63,726 nt of DNA from Chiloscyllium plagiosum (GCF_004010195.1 NC_057719.1:17780165-17843890), one strand, 5' to 3'. Shown: positions 35,100-48,897, counted from the stretch's first letter. Notes: generated by a model not told the origin, from the letters alone. A program made the numbers and translations.

Positions 35100-37011
35100 T
35101 TAATGGAACAGGGCACTGTGTTTAAAGAGTATTGTTGTGGTACTTTCTCATGACTGGGTAAGATGGGACAAGCAAAGCCAGACCTGTCTGGTTGACAAAA
35201 GAAATAGAGACTAAGGTGAAGCAGAAAAAAATTGCATATGACAAATGTCAGGTTGGTAACACAAGTCAACTAGTCTGAATGTCAGAATTTCAGAGGGGAG
35301 CGACTAAGTCAAATAGAAGCAACGAAAATGGGGAAAAAACTGACAGCCAACATAAATTCAGAATTTTTAAAGGATATTCTATAGATATAAAGCAGTGGTG
35401 GGGTCAATTAAGAACTAAAAAGGAAACTCTGCATTGAGGTCAAGGTCATGGTTGAATACTAATGAAGCATTTTGTATCTGTCTTTACCAGGGAAGAAAAT
35501 ACTGCTAAATGTCTTGTGAAAGAAGAGATGATTGTGATACTAGATGGGCTAAAAATTAACAGAGGTTAACTTTGGTGTTGGAAATGCTTTTAAAACTTAC
35601 AATCTGGGACAAAAACAGCAATTATTTGGATAAGGGTAGTTTAATTAAGAAAAGCTGACACAAATTTGTTAAAAAAGGCAAATTGTGATTACCTAAGTTA
35701 CCTCAGTTAATAGAACACTTCTATTGATGTACTTATGGACGTTTTAAGGTGTTTGACAAAACGCTGCAGAATAGATTTACCGGCAGAGTTGAAATGTGAG
35801 ACAGTGACAGCATAGATATGAAGTTGGCAGAGTGACAGGTAACAAGAATAGTGGTGAATGGCCTTTTTTTTCCAGAAAGAGGCAAAGTAAACAGAGGGGT
35901 TCTCCAGGCATCAGTATTAAGACAGCTGCTTTTTGTGATTTAGATTAATGACCTCAACTCTGGTGTACATGACACAATTTAAACATTTTTAGGTAATAAA
36001 AAAAGGTAGAAATATTGTGAACCGTGAGGAGGATAGTGATAAAAGTCAATATAGTTCTCCCAGACCATAAGGCTGCTCTCTCTGTAACGATGACCCTTTA
36101 AGCTGAGAGTCATCATGCCTCAGACGAAGGGAGGGATTGAGAAGGAACGTTCTTCATGGTAACCTCAGCCAGTGTCGAATTGAATCCACACTGTCAGCAT
36201 CACTGCATGTTAAACCAGTTATCCAAGGTATCTGACCGACTGGACTTTAAGAGTAGGTGGATAGGCTGGAGGATTTACCAGAGAGAAGTATGAACTAATA
36301 ATGTTTGATAGAATCAATGAGGAGATGCAATATAAAGTGAAAGGTGCGTTTCTAAGGGAGGCACTGGGGCAGAGAGATAATTGGGGTTTACCTGCACAAG
36401 TGAATTGCAGAACAATTTGTAAATGGGCATATGTAGCCTTTATAAACGGTACCATCGAGTACAATACCAAGAAGGTTATGATGAGTATTTGTATAACATC
36501 AGTTCATCTTCATCTGGACTGTTGTGTCTAATTCTGATTACTCCACTTCAGGAAGGATGTGAAGGCTTAAGGGAGGGTGCAGAAAAGATTCAGAAGAATG
36601 CTGCTAGGAATGAAGCAAAGCTATAATGGGAAAGTAAAGAGTCATCTCCTTGGAGAAGGGAACACTGAGAGAAGGTTTGATAGAATTCTTCCAAGTTATA
36701 AGGACTCTGTTCAGATTAGATTGGGAGAAATTGTACCCATTGGTGGAAAGATTAAGAACAAGAGGACACAGGTTCCAGGTGATGGCCAAAAGAAGCAAAG
36801 ATGAAATGGTGCTAATCTGGAATATCTTGCTTGAGCGAATGGTGAAGGTAGATTCATTTGAAGCATCGGGAATGGAAATGAATAAATATTTGAAAACAAA
36901 AACTGGGTAACGAGGTGGAAAAGGTTCAGGTGAGTGACCAGCCACTTTGTCATGAATAGACTTGATGGGCTGAATGGCTTCATTTTGTGCTTTAGCGATT
37001 CTGTTATTCTA
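35100..37011 (+). mobile_element. Highly degenerate CR1 LINE, interrupted by a SINE
   Basis: ttttgtatctgtctttacc, ggggttctccaggcatcagt (GVLQASV), QKRFRRM, LREGLIEFFQ...RTRGHRFQV and tail gatgggctgaatggc. Confidence 0.8.
36050..36240 (-). mobile_element. tRNA-derived shark SINE (third family) nested in CR1
   Basis: The minus strand has B-box-like ggattcaattc followed by ctggctgaggttaccatgaag...gagagcagccttatggtctgg. It interrupts colinear CR1 sequence. Confidence 0.55.
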
Positions 37012-38744
37012 AGATTATACAAGATTTATGTAGTTTATTTCTGTTTGAATCCATCTATTTATCTTGCTCATTCACCACTGAACTATATTGTTGTGTTTAT
37101 GCAGAGATAGTTATTGCATGGCTGGATAATGGCGTACGTCTTGTTGAATAATGGCTCACACCTATTCTGACGTTCCAATCTAAAATTCAGATTGGATTGT
37201 CAACAGTATACAGTACTGACTGCTCCTTGTTGTGTGTAACCAATGTTATTTTTACCATCAGTATACACTGACTTGCTTGTCGCAAGGTTTGCTACTTTAC
37301 TGGCCCATAAATTCAGATCATTTAACTTCAGTATTGAGGGTTCCATCTAATTCAAGGAAACTCAGGGTAAGGAGCAGAATATGACATTTTCACTGGTTAA
37401 ACTTCAGTTTTTAGTGAACTGTTGAGGCGTTAAACAGAGGCATTTAGTTGAATAATGAAAGGATTAGCATTTGTAAAGGTGAGAATAGGGTCATTAATCT
37501 GCTGCTTAAGAGTGCATTGTATCAAAAACACCAAAAACACTATATTTTGAAATTAATATTGCCCCTTGTGCTTAACACTTTTAACTAGACTCCCTTAAAA
37601 AAAGAGATAAAGTTGCAGCTTTAAAAAGAAGCATTTTACAAAAAGAGATTGACTTCTGACATAGGGTGCATTGCACTGGAGAGGGGTGAACATCATCAAT
37701 TCTGCTGTCAAGTCACTGGTGGATCCCTTCACTGTGTGTTGAAGGCCTGAGCTACAAAGCTGCATTTCTCCTAGAGGTGAAGATTAATGCGGAAATAACA
37801 ACATGTCTGTAAATGAAAATGAGGAACAGATGCTTGTTGATTAGGAATGTGCTTTTGATAACAGGACTGCGCTGGTACACTGAGCACACCGATAGAAAGC
37901 AGCTGCTTTCCAATTCCTCAGTCTGATAACTATATAAATCATTCAGTAAATATTGGAGATGAACTGATACCTGGTACCATTTATCTAGGATCTGACACAC
38001 ACAAAAAATGTTGTCTGTGTTGTTGGCTGGTATCGGGTGCAGCGAAGAATTGAGGATTATCTCCTCTTAAAATCAGTTTCCACTTGGATAGATTCCCTTT
38101 CACTGTAGAGCTACAGAAATCACTTTCACTGTACAAGGGTGAGGAAATGACACCAAGCATTGAGACAAAACGTAATTAGCAATGCACAGTATTTACGTTA
38201 GTTCTCCTGAAATGTGTGCATGGCAGAATTTTAATAATAGGCACTCATCACACATTACAGCTTCAGAAATAATAAGTTTCTTTTATGCTGTATATCATTA
38301 AACCACAAAGCCAAAAACGCTCAGAAGTCCTTCTTTCCAGAGTTATGAATAAACTGCTTAAAAATAAAATTACTTTTTTTTTGTCTGTGCATTTGATGAA
38401 ATGCCAAGTTTTTTTAGGGATTGAAAACGAATCTTTTTGCATTGGGAGAGGGCCTGTTTTGAAGGTTTAATGGCAGTTTTCAAAGGTTTATAATATTTCA
38501 GCGTGAGCCTTTTCGGCTCTCTAGGCTTGATGTCAACAGTGACTTGATTTGCTTCGATTGTCTTTGAATTCAAGTGCATGGGAATGTTGCTCAGCTGAAA
38601 TCCTTTGGGTTTGAGGGTGTTGTACATGCCATTCCCTTTTTGTTGCGAACAATCGAACGATTTCGAGAAAAAGTTGACACAACCGGACTATCAGGTTATG
38701 CTGAAAGTTAAAGTTGGCCACATAACCATTCATGGTTACGCTGG

Positions 38745-38860
38745 ACAGTTGCCACTCCTCCAGGAATGAAAGATTAATTTCCTGTATTCTGCCACGACCT
38801 TCAAGGGAAAACAAAAAGCATGGAAACATCTAAAAATAAACCTTTGTTTCATTTTCTTCA
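38745..38860 (+). mobile_element. Possible old hAT-like non-autonomous remnant
   Basis: gttgccactcctccaggaatgaaagattaatttcc shows weak similarity to 9088-9200. Confidence 0.3.
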
Positions 38861-40039
38861 GGTATATATGTTTTAACTGGATATGAAAGGAAAATGGAAA
38901 AAGGTAGAAAAAGAGGTGGTTTGACGGATAGAGCAGGAATCCTCAGGAATATGTCAAACCAGCCTTGGTTATCCTAAGGTAGTGTTGGAATGACAACATA
39001 TCTCTGATGTTGAGGCATTTTTATTTTTCGAACAGAATTGATGAAATGTTGGGAATTAATTTGATATTTCAAATATCACAAAAGAGGAAAACATCTGGAT
39101 CTTTAGAGCCACTTCTTTAAAATTTTGTGGGTGATCTTCCAGGGAACAATCTAAGCTATTTATAAAAATACAGTTCATTGGATTTTTTTTTAACGAATTT
39201 GTAAGGAATGATTCATCTTTAGGCGCTCATAGCTTCACGCAGTGAAGGGAACACTTCTTGTTGCAAAAATAAAAGGAAAAGTATGCTGCATGCAGATGAG
39301 AGATTTCTCAGCCAAATGTACATTTGAGTTGTCGTACAAATGTTTAACTGTTTGACAACTTTTAAGTGACTAGTAATAACTATGAAAAATCGGTCACCCC
39401 CACACCCCAAAAAACCCATCTTCGTCTGTGTTAATGTTAAGTGCCAGTGTCCATCGTCTCTCCAAACCCGCCACCCCCCCCCCCATATGCTACTATTCTG
39501 AAACTCTTTCCATGAAGAAGAGATGAGGGGGGTGGAAATTGTTCGATTATTATTGCAATGAATGCAACGTCAGTAAGACGAGGTGTGAAATTAGAGCCTG
39601 CCAACAGCAAGTGGCAGATTTAAACTAATGAACTGCGGGCTAAATAACAGAGCTATCTCACAGAATTGTCAGGTCAATTTAACACAGCTTGAGTCCCAAC
39701 CTCAGTCACACAGTACATGTTAACTCAGCCCTGGCCGCTGTCAAGCAACACAATAAAATGGATATCATTTAAAGATAATTCAATCTACAGTTTTTTTTTC
39801 TCTTGCTCCCTGGCAAGCTGAGACTGTCTCTGTTCTGATGGGGTTGGCTGATATGGAGGGAGCAACAGTGGTGGGGTGGGAGGGGGAGCTATTTTCTCTT
39901 TAAAGCAGCCAGTGCAGAGGGCACAAAGGATAATACTAACACACCTTTGGGCAGATTTGTACCTTCACATTATCCATCTGAACTGTAAGTCTACAAATAT
40001 CAGTCACTGCCTGCCTGGGCAAATTCATTGAATGAGTCT

Positions 40040-40189
40040 AGATTAGAGTGGTGTTGGAAAAGCACAGCAGGTCAGGCAGCATTCGAGAAGCAGGAAAATC
40101 GTCGTTTCTGGCTTTTGCCCGAAACGTCGATTTTCCTGTTTCTCGGATGCTGCCCGACCTGGTGTGCTTTTCCAGCACCACTCTAATCT
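40040..40189. mobile_element. Family A fold-back mini-element with collapsed centre
   Basis: Inverted arms of about 70 bp (agattagagtggtgttggaaaagcac.../...gtgcttttccagcaccactctaatct) meeting at gtttctggcttttgcccgaaac. Confidence 0.9.
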
Positions 40190-40289
40190 TGATGTAATCT
40201 CCAGCATCTCCCGTACACACTTCTGCCACATTCACTGAATGGCTTGTTACTTGGTTTAAAGTCAAATGCCCCCTTCAAGCTAAGGCTAT

Positions 40290-40490
40290 TGAGTTGGAAG
40301 TCTGTGGGTTCAAGCCCCAAACCAGAGAGTTCTGCACAAAATCCAGCCTGACGCTCCAGGATAGTGTAGACTGAGCGCTGGTCTGTCAGGGGTGCTGCCT
40401 ATCAGTTCCCCACTCCCATCTGTCCTCTCAGATACCCTGGGCAACATTTTGAAGAAGAATAGGAAGCATTTATTTCTCTCACTTCACCAA
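40290..40490 (+). mobile_element. Deu-SINE 5' fragment
   Basis: tgtgggttcaagcccc...cacaaaatccagcctgacgctccag...atttTgaagaaga. Confidence 0.6.
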
Positions 40491-41374
40491 GCAGAGTACC
40501 TTGAGGCATGGTGGGGGTAAGAAAGACAGCAGGGTTAGTAGCCTTCTAGCTGTGCTCATACTATGTACCATTCTAGACGCAGTGAGCTCATTGGTCAATG
40601 TAAATTTGAATCATGCACAAAGTAAAAAGTATGACTAACATTGCAATAGGGAAACGAGTAATTATCCACTCTGGGGCGAGGTAATATAAGCAATCAACGA
40701 GTCAGAAGCACACTTGCGGTATGCTGGTGTACATATCCTGATGGACAAGCCTGAAGTACCTACACCGTGCTGAACAGTGTTTAATAGAAAATCTTCTCAC
40801 AAATACACTCCTTCAATCATGGCCATCTTTCTCTAATCACATGGGGTGAGGGAATGAAAGGTTGCTCAAAGAATACTTTTGAAATTGCTGTGTATCCATG
40901 ACATTTTGTACATGATTTATACAGTACCTTCAGTTAGTATCTAATAGGTTCTGATGGTAGATATTAAATGCCTCACAGCTAAACGTAATAAGGTAACTGG
41001 GTGTTGGGTATTAATTTAGTTAATTACACTTCAGTGTGTATATAAAGACAAGCCAGCCAGTACTTGGGTGGATACTTTAGCTTGGAGACGTAAGTTCTGA
41101 GGCAAACAATAAACAGTCTTCACCAGAATATTTTATTCTTCGTGTATTCTTAGCCAATAGTCTTGGAAGTCCTCTAAGACTGTTCACAATCTCAGTGCAA
41201 TCTCAGACAAATAAGTACTTTTGAAAATGTGGTTAGTTTTTTAAAAAATGTTGAACAGTTTGCCTAAATGTAGGCAGTTTGTATACAGCAAGGCTCAAAA
41301 TCAATAACAATCAGATTATCACTATTGGTGCTGATGGTTTGAGGAATAAAATTGCATAGGAGAAATTTTGGTCT

Positions 41375-42004
41375 TAGAGTCATAGCATTAGAGGTGTACA
41401 GCATGGAAACATACCATACCGACCAGCTATCCCAACTCAACCTAGTCCCACCTGCCAGCACCCGGCCCATATCCCTCCAAACCCTTCCTATTCATATACC
41501 CATCCCAAAGCCTTTTAAATGTTGCAATTGTACCAGCTTCCATCACTTCCTCTGATAGCTCATTCCATACACATACCACCCTCTGTGTGAAAAAGTTGCC
41601 CCCTAGGTCTCTTTTATATCTTTCCCCTCTCACCCTAAATGTATGCCCTTTAGTTCTGGACTCTCTGACCCCAGGGAAAAGACTTTGTCTATTTATCCTA
41701 TCCATGCCCCTCATGATTTTGTAAACCTCTATAAGGTCACCCCTCAACCTCTGACTCTCCAGGGAAAACAGCCCAGCCTGTTCAGCCTCTCCCTGTAGCT
41801 CAAATCCTCCAACCCTGGCAACATCCTTGTAAGTCTTTCCTGAACCCTTTCAAATTTCACAACATCTTTCCGATATGAAGGAGACCAGAATTGCACGCAA
41901 TATTCCAACAGTGGCCTCACCAATGTCCTGTACAGACGCAACAAGACCTCCGAGCTCCTGTACTCAGTACTCTGACCAATAAAAGCAAGCATACCAAATG
42001 CCTT
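41375..42004 (-). mobile_element. HER1/CR1 LINE 3' fragment (relatively young)
   Basis: ORFs 41744-41992 (LEYCVQFWSPSYRKD) and 41442-41747 (RGDLIEVYKIMRG...FFTQRVV..WNEL). Same subfamily as 3820-5354. Confidence 0.95.
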
Positions 42005-42024
42005 AGGGTATCCTCCTGTAAGCC

Positions 42025-42192
42025 TAACATCTCATCTTACATGTGAAACCTCTGACGCTGCAGCAGTACCTGAATATGGCACTGCTGCATTGGAGTGGCG
42101 ACCTTGGTTTTGCACTGGAGCCTCTGGAGGGGGACTTGAGTACATAGTTTCCTGAAACAGAGTTGGCGGTGTTACCTACTGAGCCACAGGCA
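42025..42192 (-). mobile_element. Deu-SINE 5' fragment
   Basis: aacatctcatc...acctctgacgctgcagca...ctctggagggggacttga...tactgagccacag. Confidence 0.6.
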
Positions 42193-44045
42193 CCACCTCT
42201 GCACCAAGGCAGGGTCAGAGCTCCCCAGTCTGAATGGCTGTATGGTTAGTTTCAGTCAACTTTCAGAGTCTGTTGGAGGAAGCCTGACTGACCCTTATCT
42301 CGCTAATTACAGCCCAGTTCCAGCCTTCCATTTGTGGGAGGCCGTATACAAGCGCAAAGGAGAAAGTTTCAACCCCTTGGCAAAGCATTCTGTGATAAAA
42401 TAGTCAAGAGTTGACTTCAGAGCTGCTCAAGACATTGAACTGATGCATGATGTCATACAATCAACCACGTCACACACTTTGTAGCACTGAGGTGGTGCCA
42501 CATGAAGGGAAAGCTCACCGGTCAATACATTCTGAGCGAATGTATACAGTTGGAATGAATTTACAGGTAACTGGCAGATCTGAATTCCGCACCGAGCAAG
42601 TTATTACTGCCTTGCAATTGTTGTTTTTATTGGGTTATTAAGAGCACGGACAAATGAACAGGGATTAAAAAATGATGTGACTGTAGCTTTCCCAGCTCCT
42701 TGGAACTAACTTAACTGATTAAAATTGCTGGAATTGCAGAAACTGTCTGATGTAAAAGCAGATCTCTTGCAGAGTGGGTGGAAAAATTAAACTGGACTCT
42801 GTGACTTCTTTAAATTGTATCTTTTGTGTTGTGTATTCATCGATCTTAATATATCATGTGCCATGACAGGCTCTTCACTTAATTTTCTTTGACTGTTGCT
42901 TTGACCGAGAGGAAGTGAAGTCTGAGAATCAGTAAGAGTATCTTCGTTTACAGCCTGTACTAGTTCTTGAAGCAGCAGTAGGAATGAAGCTGCAACAGTG
43001 CAAGGTGTAAAATCCAGCATGGCAGGACGGCATAAAAGGCTTGGACATTGAGACCTCTGAGTGCAACAAAGTACTAGATATGCCTTGTTCCTAAGCAGTC
43101 CATTACTAAAATATTCCAGCATTATCTTAAAAAGCTTGCCAGATACTGTGCCTTGTTGCAAACTGTCGGGAGATGTGAGGTGGGTGGGGGGGGTAGAAGA
43201 AACTTCAGCCACAGTCTGAAATATAATGCAGAACAAGCTTCCATCCAGAAGGACTCGGGCTACAGGAACTTTAATTACAGTGAAATGAAAAGGACATATA
43301 CAGTGCTTTGAACCCAGTTTAGGGCTTGTGTTCAGACAGCCTGTCTAAATCCTTGAAGAAGAATGTAAATCCTGGCTTGCTGAGTTCTTTCAGCCTCCAG
43401 TTTGTCTAGTTTGGATTCCAGCATCTGCATTTTTTTTTGTCTTTGACTACACCCCTCAACTGTCCTGCTCCTATCTCATGATGTTCTCCAGCTGACAAGA
43501 CCTTCCTTTTGCCCCCGATAGGAAATTACTTCTGGGGGACCCTGTCACTTTGTTAAGCTAATAAATCCCAGTTGCAGCTGCTGCTTTTGCTATAGTAGCT
43601 AGATATCTGCTCTGGACCAGTGGGCAAGTAGGTTTCTTACATTTCACACCATTGGGCATCAGTGATTGGATGTGCATGTGGCATGCAAGGTATTTCTGGT
43701 GGGTCCCATCCTTCCATGCTCACTGTGGGTTGTAACCCTATAAGTAAAGTGAACCATGAACTTTTCCATGTATGCCTCCAGTCAAGGTTTCCCACAGTTA
43801 TAAGCCTTTATTTAGTTTGCTGAAGGTTACCTGTTCGAAGTGATTTGAACCTTTGTGTGGAGTACCATGCTTTTGAAGTTGTGGACCCTATATATTGGGA
43901 AGAAGCAGTTTCGGTCATTGTATGCCAAAAGCAGTGCAACTTACTGCATTATTAATGTGTGTTCGTTTTGAAGTGCCATCCTGGATTGTGTGCAGGAACA
44001 AGGCTGGAGCCCATACATTTCTAATTAGAAACTGAGAACAATACC

Positions 44046-44346
44046 GTGGGCAGCACGGTGGCACAATGGTTAACACTGCTGCCTAACACCGCTAGTGACG
44101 TGAGTTCAATTCCTGCCTCAGGCAATTGATTGTGTGGAGTTTGCACATTCTCCCCGTGTCTGCGTGGGTTTCCTCCGGGTGCTCCGGTTTCCTCCCACAG
44201 TCACAAAGATGTGCAGGTCAGGTGAATTGGCCATGCTAAATTGCTTGTAGTGTTAGGTGAAGGGGTAAATGTAGGTGGGTTGCGTTTTGGTGGGTCGGTG
44301 TGGACTTGTTGGGCCGAAGGGCCTGTTTCCACACTGTAAGTAATCT
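44046..44346 (+). mobile_element. HE1 SINE, full length, 6-bp TSD
   Basis: A-box, B-box, V-domain and tail ctgtaagtaatct. TSD aatacc at 44040-44045 and 44347-44352. Confidence 0.95.
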
Positions 44347-44644
44347 AATACCAACCGAGCCAATTTCTCTCCAGCTGTAGGACACCATCTCCATTTTAAG
44401 CTGTTCAGTAATGTCCTTGGGGATCCATAGCAAAAGAAAATCAGAGCAGGAAAGTGTAGTTCTGGTTAAGTTGGCTTGAAATTATACTGAGTTGGTCAGG
44501 GAAGTATGTTAGTATTAAATCAGAATGTGATGATTTGTCGCCCTGGATGGACTTTCTGCTCTGCTGGAGATAGGTATGAATACAGGTGGCATGGAAAGTG
44601 GGGTCACCCATGAGTGTGGACACCTTTCTTCCAGAGAAGAAACA

Positions 44645-44790
44645 ACAAGTTGCATTTCTATATTACCTTCTAACATATTAAGAACATCACAAAGTGCTTC
44701 ACAGGGGAATTATGAAACAAAACCCGATGGTCAGCTATATAAAGGAAGAGTAGGACAAGTAGCCAAAAGCTTGGATAAAGAAATGACTTG
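44645..44790 (-). mobile_element. L2-type 3' tail
   Basis: caacaagttgcatttctatattacctt...aaagtgcttcacagg...ccaaaagcttgg. Confidence 0.6.
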
Positions 44791-45145
44791 ATTCTGCACG
44801 GCTGCTGTGCGTTTGGAGATTTGTTTTTCCAATTATGAAAATTCATCAAAATCTCCAGGGACTGTATCTCAATAGGTAGTATTTCTTCAGTAAACAATAC
44901 AGTAGGAGAAATGAGTGATTATTGTTCCTGATAAGTCTAAAACCAGACCTGAGCTCGAAGTGTCCAGAGAGCTTAATTGAAATTTGGACGGTATGCTCTA
45001 AAAGCAAACAGATTGACGTTCTCTGTAAAAATGATGTTTTATTCAAACGAAACAGGACGCTGCCCAGTATACTGAGCCATATTTAATTGGTGCTGTAAAA
45101 CTGCAAGCTGTGCAGGACTTAAAACCAGAGCTGGAACTAAGATCG

Positions 45146-45860
45146 TAAAGATAAGAAGAGATAAGGGCGATCACTCAGCCCACCTTGCTTACCTTACCAT
45201 ACAACAGTCCAGTCTCACCAGCACACATCCAACTCCCCCACGAACCACTCTTAAAGAGTTTTTGTCTTCACTGCCCTACCCAGTAGAACATTCCAGATAT
45301 TAATCACCCTGTGAAGAAGTGCTCCTGAGCATGCTTTTTTATTAGTTGTGTCTGTGCCCCTTGTCTTGCAGCCAAGGTTTCAACAGATTACTTAGTCCTG
45401 CTTTTCCATTCTGCGTATTTTCTTTTTCACGACAAAGCAATCAAACTTTCACTAATGTTTCCTCATCACTCATTCCTCTGACACGTGGAATCAGCCGTGT
45501 AGCCCTCCCCTGTGTCACTTCCAGACCTTTTGTGCTTTGATGATAAGAACTGAAAGCAGTGATCAAGGTACAGCCTGAGCAGAACAATACACAGCTTCTA
45601 CATAATGACCTTCGACTTGTACTCTACTGATTGGCAGCATGGCTCAGCATCCTGTTTGCTTTAATTACTGCTTCGCAGTGCCTGGGCATGGTCATAATTG
45701 AGTCTACTGTCACTCCCAGATCTTTCTAAGTTTCTTCCCCTAGATAGCACACACCACTCATTAAGTGAGCATATTTTACTTTTTTTTTCTCCCTTTTAAT
45801 CTGTATCACCTCGTACATCAGCTTTGAATTTCATCTGCCAAATTGTTTACTCCCTCCAGA
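45146..45860 (-). mobile_element. Highly degenerate CR1 LINE
   Basis: Reverse-complement tail gatcactcagccca, plus cattccagatatt and ttgaatttcatctgcca (WQMKFK). Confidence 0.6.
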
Positions 45861-45954
45861 TTTAGTCCTGCTTTCTACAGCTTTTCCTTTGCTCCCTGTA
45901 GTTTAGTGTCTTGTGTGATACTGACTACTCTGTGCATTGTGTTTAATTTATACA

Positions 45955-46068
45955 AGTCAGGGCTGTAGGATGAAGGTGAATGGGTGTATTTAAGATTCAG
46001 ATCAGCCACAGTCTAATTGAAAGGTGAACCTGGTTCGAAAGGCTGAATAGCCTATTGCATGTTCCTAC
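45955..46068 (+). mobile_element. CR1 3' tail
   Basis: cagatcagccacagtctaattgaaaggtg...ggctgaatagcctattgc, similar to 51500-51580. Confidence 0.6.
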
Positions 46069-46227
46069 ATCACTGGTAGGAATCATCTCTCTAAGCCCTA
46101 GCACTTACATCTTTCCAGCTTCATAGCACTCCTTCAAGTAATAACCAGATGCTTTTGCTGTTCTTCTCTCACACCTCACAGTCTCAACCTCCATGTCTAT
46201 TTCTATCCTGTTTGTTTTGTTTTCTCA

Positions 46228-46330
46228 TTTACTCTCTGCGTCTGTCTCCAACTCTGTGTCTTTCTCTGTATCTCTCCTCATCTCTCTTTCTCTCTCTGTC
46301 TCTCCCCCCAACTCCCGCTCCCCCCTTCAT
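46228..46330. repeat. CT-rich simple repeat
   Basis: Pyrimidine-rich tctctc/tctctg array. Confidence 0.7.
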
Positions 46331-47322
46331 TTATTTTGATTAATTTATTTTCAACCTCCTGAACCTTCAACAACCCCAACCCTACAAGTTGCTAGCTACC
46401 TTAAAGCTGCCTTAAGTTAGTGTGATATAGACTCATATATTTGGGAAGTCTGGTGGGGTTTTACACCTTCTGTTTGAGGAAATAAGTTCTTCAGAAAATG
46501 TTGGACAGGCAGGATCTCTGAAAGTTTGCTACCTGCTGTTCCCAGTATTATTTTCAGGCAATAGCAAAAGCAATGTATTTGGAGAATGAAAATCTGAAAC
46601 AAAAATCTAAAACACTGGAAATAGTCAGCAGGTATGGGAGCATCTGTCGAAAGAAGTTAACATTGCAGGTCAACAAGCTTGCATGAGATAGTTTGCTTCC
46701 AGTTGATTCCACTATCTTCGCTGGTTATCAAAGTAAAAAGAATTGGCCTGTACAGTAATGGGATTGTTTGGTCATTTTTATTTTGAAAGCAGACATCACC
46801 TCAGAGCTTGTTTGTAATCTGGTGAAACCTTCTGAGTGCCTCAGGAGGCTTCAACCTTTAACCACTGGGATTGCATGACATTCATGTTAAAAACACTTAG
46901 TCCTTGTGATCACCCAGCTTGGTTTCATGCACCTGAAGAGATGGGAGAGGAGTTTTCATTTTACTTGTTTTTCCTTTGTCGGCCCTTTGTGTGTCGTTTA
47001 TAAATCTCCCAGGAAATTAAAGGATGGGATTGGGGAAAGCTATCGAGGGATGAATTTCATATTTGTGCAATGGGGCCAGCTTGCTGGGCTGACTGATCCT
47101 TCTCTACTTGTAAATTTTATTTCATACTATGGTACTTGGTGTTTTCCAAACTCGCACCTTAGCAATGAGTACAGTGTGTGTGGTACAGCAGAGAGACTTT
47201 AATGATAACTTGTAAAGATGTCTCAAAATGTTCACACAAACTAAACAGGCTGGACGAGGATTCTGAACTGAAAATGTTTGAAGGTGGGATCCTCAAAGTC
47301 CAACCTTTAGCACAGTGCTAAT

Positions 47323-47697
47323 ATGCATTTATCTAATGCCTTGCACATGAGAAACAATCAAGATACTTCACAGTAAGGAGTCCTGAAAGAAAATTGTGAC
47401 AGCTCCAACACAAGAAGCTATTAGTTTCCTCACAGAGGTAGGTTTTGGAGAACATTTAAAAGGAGGAAAGTGAGGTGGAGAAATTTAGGGAAAGAATTCT
47501 TGAACTTAGGGCCCAAGCAACTGAAGGCATGGCCTCAAGTAGTATAGTGAAGAAAAGTGAAGGAGATGCTGAAGAGGTCAGAATTGGAGAAGTACAGAAT
47601 CTCTGTTGAGTACAGAGCCACAGAAGCTTGTGGAGGTGTGCCGGGCCAAGCTATGGAAAGATTTGAAGACATGAATGAGAATTTAAAATTGAGGCAT
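47323..47697 (-). mobile_element. L2-type 3' fragment
   Basis: tttagggaaagaattcttgaacttagggcccaagcaactgaaggcatggcc...atgagaatttaaa. Confidence 0.7.
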
Positions 47698-47744
47698 TAA
47701 CGACTTTATTAGAAATGGAGAGAAATCAGTGTTGTCAGGTCAAA

Positions 47745-48798
47745 GAGTCAGAGAATGATGTACAACACGGAAACAGACCCTTCGGTCCAACTCATCCATG
47801 CGGTTAGATAACCTAAACTAATCTAGACCCATTTGCCAGCATTTGGCCCATATCCCTCTCAACCCTTCCTATTCATATACCCATCCAGATGCCTTTTAAA
47901 TGTTGCAATTGTACCAGCCTCCACCATTACTTCTGGCAGCTCGTTCCATACATGCACCATCCTCTGCGTGAAAAAGTTGCCCCTCTGATCCCTTTTAAAT
48001 CTTTCCCCTCTCACCTTAAGCTTATGCTTTCTAGTTTTGGACTCCCTTACCCTGGAAAGATGGTCTTGACGATTCTCAGTATCTGTGACCTTCATGATTT
48101 TATAAATCTTGATAAGCCTCAGCCTCTGATGCTCCAGGGGAAAAAAATGCCCCAGCATATTCAACCTCTTCCTAAAGGTCAAACCCTCCAATCCTGGCAA
48201 CATGCTTGTAAATCTTTTCTGAATCCTTTCAGGTTTAACAACATATTTTCTATAGCATGGAGACCAGAATTGAATGCAATCTTCTAAAGGTAGTCTAACC
48301 AATGTCCTGTACAGCCACAAAATGACTTCTATATTCAGTGCACTTACCAATGGAAAGCAAGTGTGCCAAATGCCTTCTTCATCAACCTGTCTACACGCAG
48401 CTCCATTTTCAAAGGACTATCCACCTGCACCTTCTAGGTCCCTTTGTTGCCTCCCCCCCCAGTGTCCGATCATTAAGTGTATAAGTCTTGCGCTGATTTG
48501 CCTTACCAGAATGCACCACCTCACATCCATCTAAACTCCATCTGCCACTCTTTGGTCCATTGGCCTATATGATCAAGAGCCCATTGCCCTCTGAGATAAC
48601 CTTCACTGTCCACCACACCACCAAATTTTGGTGTCATCTGCAAACTTACTAAACAAACCTTCTATATTCACATCCAAGGAATTGACATAAATGGTGAAAA
48701 GCAGTGGACCCAGCACTGATTGTTGTGGCACACCACTGATCACAGGCCTCCAGTCTGAAAAATAACCCTGCACAACCACCCTCTGTCTCCTACCTTCA
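47745..48798 (-). mobile_element. HER1/CR1 LINE fragment, RT to 3' end
   Basis: ORF 47859-48350 (RKYVVKPERIQKRFT...FFTQRMVHVWNELP). tggtgtcatctgcaaacttact reads SKFADDTK on the minus strand, the RT catalytic motif. Confidence 0.95.
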
Positions 48799-48897
48799 AT
48801 TCATTAAATACATCTTCTGTCTTTTAAGGATTCTGATTTATGCTTGATACAGAGAAATACACGGAGGTCCAAAACACAACCAGCAAGTGCTGCTAAT

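Noticed and set aside
38570..38720. Short open frame FEGVVHAIPFLLRTIERFREKVDTTGLS as an exon
   Set aside because: There is no clear acceptor and no recognisable homology.
38841..38867. ttttcttcAG|GTATAT as a recursive splice site
   Set aside because: The donor is weak and the pyrimidine tract lies in a probable repeat remnant.
42787..43236. 149-aa minus-strand ORF
   Set aside because: It has no domain-like motif or splice support, and its length is compatible with chance in 64 kb.
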